Source of the DNA: Spirochaetia bacterium
Lineage (GTDB): Bacteria > Spirochaetota > Spirochaetia > DSM-2461
NCBI GenBank assembly: GCA_963668315.1
Contig: OY764216.1
Location: forward strand, 4,288,001 to 4,352,000
DNA: 64,000 bases
Direction of reading: 5' to 3'
The position numbers were made by a program, and so were the translations under genes. This document shows positions 47,899-56,836 of the stretch, piece after piece. A model generated the notes under the pieces. The model made no database searches. It was given only the letters and a program-made list of their open reading frames with translations, and was not told the origin of the DNA. Position 1 is the stretch's first letter, and each line of letters starts with the position of its first letter.

Positions 47899-49341
47899 CT
47901 AAAACCTGAAATAAATAAACGGGTTATATGCGCCTGATGCCAACAGCACGAGGGAGTAGAAGAAGATTCCCGATAAATAAACGACACGGGTAATACTGAT
48001 AAATGTAACAGGTCGCCTTAGTCTATCGATCACACCTCCAAAAGAATCCTTTACTAATATGTTCTTAACAAAATCCGAAGAAGCCAATATACCGATAATT
48101 ATTGTCAGGAATACTTCTGAATTCAGATAATGGGCAAGATAACGAATATCCGGCGATGCCGTCTCCCTGCCGAACATAACGGCAAGGTATGAAACGGCGT
48201 AACGTAAATTCTCGGCCCTGAAAAAGACCCAGCCTATCATAACCATAAACAGAACATAGCCATGCCGTAAAGCGGGACTTCGTCTGTCAAGCCACTTCTT
48301 CAATCCTATCCTTTCAATAATCAAAAGGACTCCATGAAAGATTCCCCAGACAAGAAAATTCCAGCTGGCACCATGCCAGAATCCGCAGAGAAAGAAAATA
48401 GTAAAGAGATTGAAATACGTTCTTCCCCTGGATATGCGGTTACCCCCTAAGGGAATATAGAGATAATCTCGAAACCAGGAGGACAAACTGAGATGCCAAC
48501 GCCTCCAGAACTCCGTGATACTCCTACTGATATAGGGATAGTTGAAGTTTTCGGGAAAACGGAAGCCGAATATTCGTCCCAATCCGATAGCCATATCGGA
48601 ATAACCGGAAAAATCAAAATAGATCTGCAGAGAATAGCATATGACGCCCAGCCATGATATGGAAAATTTCAATTCCTCTGAGGGAAGACTGAAAATCAAA
48701 TCCGCCGGGTAAGCTAATGTATTGGCAATTATCATCTTTTTTGCCAAACCAATAACAAAACGCCTTACCCCGTAACTGAATTTATGTAATGTCTCCGTTC
48801 TATGGTCAAGATGATAGGCCACATCGGAATAACGGACAATGGGCCCAGCGATTAACTGAGGAAACAGAGAAATATACAGAGCAACTTTTCCTGGGTTTTT
48901 CTGACATTCTGTATCCTTCCTGTAAACATCTATAATATAAGACATAGCCTGAAATGTAAAAAAGGAAATCCCTATGGGCAGATGAATTGTATTATAGGTA
49001 ATAGAGCTGAAATGGAGTGAAGTTAGAAGAATGTTGACATTCTCCAGAAAAAAGTTAGCATATTTAAATATCAATAGGATTCCTAAATCCAGAACGACTC
49101 CGGTCAAAAGAAATATCCGGCTGATTTTTCGGCTGCTGCTCAATCCAATTCCCATACCAATGATGTAGTTAATTGAAATGGAGATAACCATTATAAAGAC
49201 ATAGTTTTTTTCTCCCACAGCATAAAAAAACAGGCTAGCCAATAATAGCAGGGTATTCCTCATTATCCTTGGGACAAGAAAATAAGCAATGATCAATAAG
49301 GGTAAGAAAAAAAATAAAAAAAATGGTTCAGAAAACAACAA
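47899..49341 (-). CDS. algI: AlgI-family MBOAT O-acyltransferase
   Basis: LPIGISFFTFQ, FPQLIAGPIVR, DFSGYSDMAIG, FWRRWH, GFWHGA, C-terminal NPFIYFRF. Confidence 0.9.
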   Translation of the reverse strand: MLFSEPFFLFFFLPLLIIAYFLVPRIMRNTLLLLASLFFYAVGEKNYVFIMVISISINYIIGMGIGLSSSRKISRIFLLTGVVLDLGILLIFKYANFFLENVNILLTSLHFSSITYNTIHLPIGISFFTFQAMSYIIDVYRKDTECQKNPGKVALYISLFPQLIAGPIVRYSDVAYHLDHRTETLHKFSYGVRRFVIGLAKKMIIANTLAYPADLIFSLPSEELKFSISWLGVICYSLQIYFDFSGYSDMAIGLGRIFGFRFPENFNYPYISRSITEFWRRWHLSLSSWFRDYLYIPLGGNRISRGRTYFNLFTIFFLCGFWHGASWNFLVWGIFHGVLLIIERIGLKKWLDRRSPALRHGYVLFMVMIGWVFFRAENLRYAVSYLAVMFGRETASPDIRYLAHYLNSEVFLTIIIGILASSDFVKNILVKDSFGGVIDRLRRPVTFISITRVVYLSGIFFYSLVLLASGAYNPFIYFRF

Positions 49342-49545
49342 ATATTTATCCTGCCTTTTTTTTATATTTTATTATAATGCATAATTCTTAAAATTGCGTA
49401 GAATTGAACTAACTGTTCTTTATCTTTTTCTATAATTTAAATATATTTTCTTTTTCTCAACAAAGGTATAATCATTTTCATATGGGTTACATCTTAACCG
49501 AACACTGAAAAAGAATTGCATAAAATGTTTTCCTAGGAGAAAGAA

Positions 49546-51282
49546 ATGAATCGTTTACCATCCATAATATTAGCGCTTTTATTTTTTTTATTACTCAATT
49601 TTCCTGTGCCTGTGGAGAATATCAGCGCTAATGGAAAGGAGGAAGAGTTAAATATACCCATACCGGATACATCAGTATCTCTTCCCATTGGGATGAATTT
49701 GCATGGTCTAAATTATTATACTCCCGCTCCCATCTTCACTGATGTTATGACTACTGCCAGCGGCATGATCTCCTTTTATACCGATGAATCCGGATCTCCT
49801 TGGAATTCCGGAATGATAAATGAAATAATGCGGGACCACAATGGCTACCCGATGTTCCTTCCCCAGCTCACAAGCGATGGTCATCAAAGCTGTGTCCGTT
49901 TCCTTATAAATAATTATTACAAAGGCCGCTATCGTGTCCTTTTTGATGGTGAGGGGATTATGGTTGCTGGAGGACACCGGCTCAAATCGGACGAACATGG
50001 TCCTTTCATAGATCTCGATGGATCAGGGGGCAATACCTGGATCGATATAATAGAAAGTAAGGCAAACAATTATATAAGAAATATTCATATTATTCCGGAA
50101 GAATACGGACTGTTCTCCATTGACGATTATGATTCCTCCGTAATCCCCACCTTTCTGGCACAATATACCGAAGGGCTGGAGTCGTTTCATGCCCTGCGTT
50201 TTATGGACTGGTTTCATACAAACGGCTCAACACAGGTTGATTGGGGTGAGGATTCTTACAACAACGCCACACCGAATGACTTCTCTGATGATAGAATAAC
50301 AAAGGATTATTATTCCCAGGCTGCCGATCGAGGGATCAGTATGGAATATGCCATCGAGCTCTGCAACACCCTGCAAACCGATGCCTGGGTCTGTGTACCC
50401 CATATGGCCAGCGACGATTACATTAGGAAAATGGCGGATCTGTGGCGGGACAATCTTGATGAAAATCTTACAATATACCTTGAGTATTCCAATGAAGTAT
50501 GGAACTGGGCTTTCGTTCAATCAAAATGGGTTTCGCAAAACGGCGTATACGGAGAATATCCTCTTCCTGTTGACAACCATGTTCAGACTGCCCTTGCCGA
50601 GATTGAATCAAAGGGCGGGGACTTTCCCGAGAAAGATGCCTATATGATGGCCCGTTCCTTCTCTATCTGGGCTGATGAGTTTGGCAGTGCAATGTCGTCA
50701 CGGGTTATACGGGTTGCAACGGGACAACATGCGGTCCCATCACGATTAAGAAAGGTATTGGAATACCTTTCCGATGAGAAAGAAGCCTATGGCGCTGTCG
50801 GCTGCGATGCCCTCGCTGTGGGAGGATACTTTTCCTTTTCCGAAGAAGATCATGAAAAATGGCTAACCCTGGGAGATAGCTTGACCATGGAAGAGATCTA
50901 TAAGGACACCTACCGAAACTTTCTGAAAACGAGCAAGATATGGACCGAAGGTTGCGCTTCCGTTGCAAAGGATTTCGACGTAAAATACTATGTGTATGAA
51001 GGTGGTCAGCATATGCAGCCCTATAATCAACAAGAGTGGAACTATAACGAAAAACTTTGGGATTTCCAGATCAGTGATTATATGTACGATCTTTACATTC
51101 ACAACTTTGATTTACTAACCGATCCTGAAATTGACTGCGATCTCTTTATGGCTTTCTCCTATATCAGCAAAAGAAAAAGTAGATACGGTTCCTGGGGCCA
51201 CTTGGAATCTCTGGACCAAGTGGGCACAGAATACGCTAACGCTCCTAAATTCAGCGCTCTCATGGATGTTAATACTCCCTAA
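49546..51282 (+). CDS. Secreted putative glycoside hydrolase (clan GH-A-like)
   Basis: Signal peptide; LRFMDW..TN, WVCVPH.A.DDY, YLEYSNEVWN, YEGGQH. Confidence 0.55.
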   Translation: MNRLPSIILALLFFLLLNFPVPVENISANGKEEELNIPIPDTSVSLPIGMNLHGLNYYTPAPIFTDVMTTASGMISFYTDESGSPWNSGMINEIMRDHNGYPMFLPQLTSDGHQSCVRFLINNYYKGRYRVLFDGEGIMVAGGHRLKSDEHGPFIDLDGSGGNTWIDIIESKANNYIRNIHIIPEEYGLFSIDDYDSSVIPTFLAQYTEGLESFHALRFMDWFHTNGSTQVDWGEDSYNNATPNDFSDDRITKDYYSQAADRGISMEYAIELCNTLQTDAWVCVPHMASDDYIRKMADLWRDNLDENLTIYLEYSNEVWNWAFVQSKWVSQNGVYGEYPLPVDNHVQTALAEIESKGGDFPEKDAYMMARSFSIWADEFGSAMSSRVIRVATGQHAVPSRLRKVLEYLSDEKEAYGAVGCDALAVGGYFSFSEEDHEKWLTLGDSLTMEEIYKDTYRNFLKTSKIWTEGCASVAKDFDVKYYVYEGGQHMQPYNQQEWNYNEKLWDFQISDYMYDLYIHNFDLLTDPEIDCDLFMAFSYISKRKSRYGSWGHLESLDQVGTEYANAPKFSALMDVNTP

Positions 51283-51420
51283 ATTATGAATGAATTTTAA
51301 TTATGTTATTAAAATATCTATAACTTGTTAACTCTCAATTTCAGTGATAAGTTATTATTATCTTATGTCATCGCTGTCCCAAATAAATCCTTTCATAATG
51401 TCCCCAACCGGGACCCTTTT

Positions 51421-51912
51421 TCACTTCACCACCTCAATCACCTCAATTACCTGAGGCTCCAGCGGCCGGTTCTCCTCCTCCGGCCCGGCCGTATCCACTT
51501 CGGCGATCCGGTCAAGTACATCGTAACCTTCGACCAGCTGTCCGAAGGCGGCGTACCTGCCGTCCAGCTTATGAGCGTCCTTATGCACTATGAAGAACTG
51601 GGTACCGGCGCTGTCAAAATCATCGTCCCGGGCCATGGAGAGGGCTCCCCGGGCGTGGGTGAGTCCCGTATCAAAGCCGTTTTCGGCGAACTCGCCGGTA
51701 ATGGTAAAATCGGTGGGACACATGCAGGTATTGTCCTCGGAGCCCCCCTGTATGACGTAATCCTTGACGACGCGATGAAAGGTCAGGCCGTTATAGAACT
51801 TCATTTCTATGAGACGAATAAAGTTGCTTACTGTTATGGGAGCCTTGTCCGGATAAAGATCAAAGAGCATTTCTCCGCCGGCTTTCATTTTTATTTTGAT
51901 TTTTAATGACAA
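51421..51912 (-). CDS. Cyclophilin-type peptidyl-prolyl isomerase
   Basis: APITVSNF, FHRVV..YVIQGG, GALSMAR, QFFI, LDGRYAAFG. Probable TTG start at 51912 after AAGGA. Confidence 0.9.
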   Translation of the reverse strand: MSLKIKIKMKAGGEMLFDLYPDKAPITVSNFIRLIEMKFYNGLTFHRVVKDYVIQGGSEDNTCMCPTDFTITGEFAENGFDTGLTHARGALSMARDDDFDSAGTQFFIVHKDAHKLDGRYAAFGQLVEGYDVLDRIAEVDTAGPEEENRPLEPQVIEVIEVVK

Positions 51913-51924
51913 TGTTTTTTCCTT

Positions 51925-51964
51925 AAAAAACCGCATCACCCTCTAATAAAGAATGATGCGGTTT
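51925..51964 (-). terminator. Intrinsic terminator after oppA
   Basis: Stem aaaccgcatca/tgatgcggttt ending in a T6 run on the minus strand. Confidence 0.7.
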
Positions 51965-51993
51965 AACAAATATCTATACTTTAGCCTTTCAGA

Positions 51994-53619
51994 CTATTTT
52001 TCGATATACGCTCCGCCCAGGAACATGTTGTTCAGGGGAGTGATGTACCAGCCCTTTACGTAGGGGGCCATCATTTTGGGGGAGGAGCGGTAGTAGAGGG
52101 GGATGAGGGGCATGTCGGCCATAAGCACGTCGTCGGCGCTTCTCATCAGCTCCATGGCTTTCATGGGGTCCGTCTCTACCTGAGCGGCTTTCACCAGCTT
52201 GTCATATTCGGCATTGGCGTAGCCCGAGTTGTTGCCCGTGGCGTCGCTCATTCTCAGGGGGAAGAAGGTCATGGGGTGCATGTAGTCCGCTCCCCATCCC
52301 ATGGCGCCGATGTCGTAGTTGAGAGCCTGGATGTTTTCGTAGTAGACGGCCCACTCTTCGGTGGAGACGTTTACTTTGATGCCCAGGTTCTGCTGCCACA
52401 TCTGCTGCATGGCTTCCACGATGCTCTTGACCGTTTCGTTGGTGTAGTAGCTCAGTTCCACCGTGGGAAAACCTTCGCCGTTGGGGTAACCCGCTTCAGC
52501 GAGAAGTGCCTGAGCGCCTTCTACATCGGCCGTGGGAGCCAGACCGAAATCGGAACGGCCCTCTTCGTAGGCCACGCCGTCCACGGAGTAACCGGGAGCG
52601 ATGAGGCTGTAGGCCGGTTCGTCGGTGGACTGGAGAACGTTCTCAATGATGGCGGTCCGGTCGATAGCCTTGGCCAGGGCCAGGCGGACTTTGGGATCGT
52701 CAAAGGGAGCCTTGGAGCAGTTCACTTCGTAGTAAGTCGTTCCGTAGGAAGGAATGATCTGCAGAGCGTCGCTGGTAGCCTTGAGAGTGGGCAGATCGGC
52801 GGGGGGAACTTCCCACTGTCCGTCGATATCGCCCTTCTCGAGAGCCACGAGAGCGGTGGAAGGATCGGGGATGAAACGGAAGTTCAGCTTTTCCAGTTTC
52901 ACATTGGCCGCGTTCCAGTAATTCTCATTCTTGACCAGTTCGTAACCTTCACCGAAGGAGATCTCCTGCATTTTGAAGGGACCGTTGGATACGTAGGTAT
53001 CGGCGGAAAGGGTCCATCTGTCGCCGTTGGCTTCTACGGTTGCCCGGTTAACGGGGCTGTAGACCCACATGGCCAGGATACCGGTGTAGTAAGCGGTGGG
53101 AGCTTTGAGGGTGATTTCCAGAGTATTCTCGGAAAGTGCCTTGATGCCCACGCTGTTCGCCTCGGCATTACCGGCATAGTAGTCGGCGGCGCCCGCGATA
53201 TAATCGGTAAGCATTTCGGTGTACTGGGCACCCAGGGCGGGATCGAGAACTCTCAGGTAGGAGTAGACGAAGTCGGCCGCCGTCAGGGGAGTGCCGTCGG
53301 ACCACTTGAGACCGTCCCGCAGTTTGAAGGTGTAAACCAGACCATCGTCGCTGATAGTCCAGGACTCGGCACTGCCGCCGACAATGCTGTTGTTCGCATC
53401 GTAGGTGACGAGGCCTTCGAAGGTGTTGAAAAGGATGGGAGAGGCAAACGAGTTATTGGTAATACCCGGGTCGATGCCGTCCGGTTCATTCTGAAGGGCG
53501 AAGACCAGTTTCTGTTCAACCGGCTCCCCCGAAGTCTTTCCCTTATCTCCGGCTCCGTTGGCAAATACCGCCACGGAAGCGAAGGCGAGAAGTACTGCTA
53601 AGATTAATAGCTTTTTCAT
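51994..53619 (-). CDS. oppA: Peptide ABC transporter substrate-binding protein
   Basis: AESW.ISDDGLVYTFKLR...WSDG.PLTA.DF, NGPF, PFDDPKVRLAL, GWGADY. Confidence 0.92.
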   Translation of the reverse strand: MKKLLILAVLLAFASVAVFANGAGDKGKTSGEPVEQKLVFALQNEPDGIDPGITNNSFASPILFNTFEGLVTYDANNSIVGGSAESWTISDDGLVYTFKLRDGLKWSDGTPLTAADFVYSYLRVLDPALGAQYTEMLTDYIAGAADYYAGNAEANSVGIKALSENTLEITLKAPTAYYTGILAMWVYSPVNRATVEANGDRWTLSADTYVSNGPFKMQEISFGEGYELVKNENYWNAANVKLEKLNFRFIPDPSTALVALEKGDIDGQWEVPPADLPTLKATSDALQIIPSYGTTYYEVNCSKAPFDDPKVRLALAKAIDRTAIIENVLQSTDEPAYSLIAPGYSVDGVAYEEGRSDFGLAPTADVEGAQALLAEAGYPNGEGFPTVELSYYTNETVKSIVEAMQQMWQQNLGIKVNVSTEEWAVYYENIQALNYDIGAMGWGADYMHPMTFFPLRMSDATGNNSGYANAEYDKLVKAAQVETDPMKAMELMRSADDVLMADMPLIPLYYRSSPKMMAPYVKGWYITPLNNMFLGGAYIEK

Positions 53620-53664
53620 GTAATACTCCTTATATTCTTCTAAATTGAATATCCTGATTTAATT

Positions 53665-54633
53665 TCAGCCGTACAGATGGCAGGCGACCAGATGGTTCCG
53701 CCCTGCATCCTTCAGCTCCGGCTCTTTCTCCCGGCAGATCTCCATACACTCGCTGCAGCGCGTATGGAACCGGCATCCCTTCGGCGGGGAGATGGGGCTG
53801 GGAATGTCCCCTTTGATAGCCGTGGCCTTCTTCCCTTTCGCCTTGATCGGGTCGGAGACGGGGATTGCCTTGAGGAGGCCCTTCGTATAGGGATGAAGAG
53901 GATTCCGGTAAATCTGTTCGCTATCGCAGATCTCCATCATCTTGCCCAGATACATGACGCCCACGTGATCCGAGACATAGCGGACCATAGAGAGGTCATG
54001 GGCGATAAACAGATAGGTCAGGGACCGCTCCTTCTTGAACTTTTGAAGCAGATTGATCACCTGAGCCTGAATGGAAACGTCCAGAGCGGAGATGGGCTCG
54101 TCGCACACCACGAATTCCGGCTCGACGATCAAGGCCCGGGCCAGGCAGATTCTCTGCCGCTGACCGCCTGAGAACTCATGGGGATAGCGGGACAAATGCT
54201 CCGCCGAGAGCCCTACCCTCTCCAGCATATCAATAACAAGAGGCTTAGCCTGGGCGACACCGTCAACAATCCCCTGTGAAAGAAGAGGCTCAGCGATGAT
54301 CTTGAGTACGGTCATCCGGGGATTCAGGGAGGAATAGGGGTCCTGGAAGACCATCTGGATCTTCTTACGGAAGGGAGAGAGCTGTTTCTCGCTGAGATCG
54401 GCCAGATCATCCGCACCGAACATAATCGATCCCGACGTGGGCTTATGCATCCGGACAAGGGATTTCGCCACGGTCGACTTGCCGCAGCCCGACTCGCCCA
54501 CCAGTCCCAGGGTTTCCCCTCTCTTTATGGAAAAACTGACGTTATCCACCGCATGGACGACGGACTTTCTCTTCCCCGGGACGGGAAAATGCTTTACGAG
54601 ATTTTTTACAACGATAAGGTCTTTTTCAGACAT
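53665..54633 (-). CDS. oppF: Peptide ABC transporter ATP-binding protein
   Basis: GESGCGKS, FSGGQRQR, DEPISALD, HPYT, GCRFHTRC. Probable start at 54633 after AAGGAG. Confidence 0.92.
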   Translation of the reverse strand: MSEKDLIVVKNLVKHFPVPGKRKSVVHAVDNVSFSIKRGETLGLVGESGCGKSTVAKSLVRMHKPTSGSIMFGADDLADLSEKQLSPFRKKIQMVFQDPYSSLNPRMTVLKIIAEPLLSQGIVDGVAQAKPLVIDMLERVGLSAEHLSRYPHEFSGGQRQRICLARALIVEPEFVVCDEPISALDVSIQAQVINLLQKFKKERSLTYLFIAHDLSMVRYVSDHVGVMYLGKMMEICDSEQIYRNPLHPYTKGLLKAIPVSDPIKAKGKKATAIKGDIPSPISPPKGCRFHTRCSECMEICREKEPELKDAGRNHLVACHLYG

Positions 54634-55645
54634 GGGCGCTCCTTTCTCCGGCGAAGGGATTGTTATCACGGGGTGCCTCATCATGGAGGAGCCAGCAGCT
54701 GGAACCGTGTTCCTCCCCTACCATGGTAAAGGGAGGCTGTTTCATGGTGCAGACTTTACGGGCGTACTGACAGCGGGGATGGAAGGGACAGCCTTCGGGT
54801 GGATTGGACATATCCGGGGGCGATCCGGGGATAGACTGAAGCTCGACAGCCCTATCCTGATCTATAGCCGGAATGGACTTGAGAAGGCCCATGGTATAGG
54901 GGTGGCTGGGACGATAGAAAATATCCTCGATACCGGCGAACTCCATCACCCTTCCGCCGTACATAACCATGACCCGGTCGCAGATCTCCGCCACCACACC
55001 CAGGTTGTGGGAGATGAAAACGATGGACATCTCCATCTCCTCCTGAAGGGACTTAAGCAGTTTGAGTATCTGGTCCTGTACGGTCACGTCCAGGGCGGTG
55101 GTCGGCTCGTCGGCAATGAGGACCGACGGTTTGCAGGCCAGGGCCAGGGCGATCATGACCCGCTGCCGCATTCCCCCGGAAAACTCGTGGGGATAGCTTT
55201 TATACCGGCTGACCGGATCGGGAATCTGCACCTTCTCGAAGAGTTCCATAACCATCGCGCGGACCTGCTTCTTAGGCAGTTTCTGATGTGTCAGAATCAT
55301 CTCCTCCACCTGCTTTCCCACGGGGATGAGGGGGTTGAGGGAAGACATGGGATCCTGGAAGATCATGGCGATTTTCCGTCCCCGGATATCCCGGTAGCCG
55401 ACTTTACCCAGCTTGGCCAGGTCCTCCCCTTCCAGCTCGACCGAACCGTCGACAATTTTTGCCGATGAGGGCAACAGCTTGAGAACGGAAAGGGAGGTAA
55501 CCGACTTACCGCTTCCCGATTCACCCACAACGCCCAGGGTCTCCCCTTTGGCCAGATGCAGATCGACGCCGTTGACCGCCCTGACGACCCCGTCCTGATT
55601 GAAGAAGGCCGTATTCAGATTTTTTACCGTAAGTATATTCTTCAT
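54626..55645 (-). CDS. oppD: Peptide ABC transporter ATP-binding protein
   Basis: GESGSGKS, FSGGMRQR, DEPTTALD, GCPFHPRC. Confidence 0.92.
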   Translation of the reverse strand: MKNILTVKNLNTAFFNQDGVVRAVNGVDLHLAKGETLGVVGESGSGKSVTSLSVLKLLPSSAKIVDGSVELEGEDLAKLGKVGYRDIRGRKIAMIFQDPMSSLNPLIPVGKQVEEMILTHQKLPKKQVRAMVMELFEKVQIPDPVSRYKSYPHEFSGGMRQRVMIALALACKPSVLIADEPTTALDVTVQDQILKLLKSLQEEMEMSIVFISHNLGVVAEICDRVMVMYGGRVMEFAGIEDIFYRPSHPYTMGLLKSIPAIDQDRAVELQSIPGSPPDMSNPPEGCPFHPRCQYARKVCTMKQPPFTMVGEEHGSSCWLLHDEAPRDNNPFAGERSAHV

Positions 55646-55648
55646 GGA

Positions 55649-56821
55649 TTAACGTCCTTTCATTTTCGGGTCGAGCGCATCCCGGAGGCCGTCGCCGATG
55701 AAGTTGAAGCCGAACATGGTCAGACAGATGGCCAGGGAGGGGATGAAAAGCTGATAGGGATTGGTCCGGAGGGCCTCCAGGGCATCGTTACACATGGTGC
55801 CCCAGCTGGCCATGGGAGGCGTTACCCCCAGTCCGATGAAGCTCATGAACGCTTCGATAAAGATAGCCGAGGGGATGAGCATGGTGACGGTGACGATGAT
55901 GGAGCCCATGGCGTTGGGCAGCAGATGGGAGGTCAGGATTTTCCAGTGGGACGTGCCCATGATCCGGGCACAATGAACGTAATCCTGCTCCTTGAGGGTG
56001 AGGATCTGCCCCCGCACGACCCGGGCCATATCCACCCAGTAGACAGACCCCAGGGCTATGACGATGCTGGCGATGCCCGAATCTCCCGGAAGAATCACCA
56101 TTATCAGGATGACATATAAAGTTAGGGGAATCGTGGCGATGATATCCACGATACGCATCATGATATTATCCGCATTGCCTCCCAGGTAACCGGCGAGCCC
56201 TCCGTAGAGTATACCGATGATCAGGTTGGTGAAAGCGGCGATAAAGGCGACCAGCAGGGAGATGCGGGCGCCCATCATGAGCCGGGTCATCAGGTCACGG
56301 CCCAGTTTGTCGCTGCCGAAGGGATAGGTTTTATTCAGGATTCGTTTTGTCCCTTCGTAGGGAGCGCCGCTCTTATCGGTGAGGCGGACCGGCTTAACGC
56401 TGAAATCCACGAAGATGGTTTCGCCGTCGAAATCGTAACTGGTTCTCTTCTTGAAAAGATCCTCCTTGATGCGGGGGAGAGCCTTGATGAGATAACCCTT
56501 CTCATCGACGAGAATCGGTTTGAGGTTCTTGCTGATGAAGATGAAATCCCCGCCGGCTTCATAGACTTTCATGACCGGAGGAAGGTTGACGAAGGTCAGA
56601 TTCTGCTCTTCATAACTGTGTTTTGACAGCCCGGGCCCTATGAGGGCGAAGAGAAGGATGACGATGATGATGACCGCTCCCAGCATGGAAGCCGGCTTAT
56701 GGCGGAAACGGAACCACACATCGCCCCCATAGGTTCTGTGCTTAGCTCCGAGAGATTCACTTTTGTCCGGGGAGATTTCGCATTTCTCCCACATTGATGG
56801 TTCGATAGATAGTTCTGACAT
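55649..56821 (-). CDS. oppC: Peptide ABC transporter permease with enlarged first loop
   Basis: FGSDKLGRD, GARISL, ARVVRGQ, HLLPN, GDGLRDALDP. Confidence 0.92.
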   Translation of the reverse strand: MSELSIEPSMWEKCEISPDKSESLGAKHRTYGGDVWFRFRHKPASMLGAVIIIVILLFALIGPGLSKHSYEEQNLTFVNLPPVMKVYEAGGDFIFISKNLKPILVDEKGYLIKALPRIKEDLFKKRTSYDFDGETIFVDFSVKPVRLTDKSGAPYEGTKRILNKTYPFGSDKLGRDLMTRLMMGARISLLVAFIAAFTNLIIGILYGGLAGYLGGNADNIMMRIVDIIATIPLTLYVILIMVILPGDSGIASIVIALGSVYWVDMARVVRGQILTLKEQDYVHCARIMGTSHWKILTSHLLPNAMGSIIVTVTMLIPSAIFIEAFMSFIGLGVTPPMASWGTMCNDALEALRTNPYQLFIPSLAICLTMFGFNFIGDGLRDALDPKMKGR

Positions 56822-56836
56822 GATTCTCCTGTCCCC

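Noticed and set aside
52276..53601. 441-aa plus-strand ORF, and similar ones at 51325-51906, 54437-55468, 56975-57757 and 61296-62069
   Set aside because: These are antisense shadows of well-supported GC3-biased genes (oppA, ppi, oppD, oppB, MBL) and show no motifs of their own.
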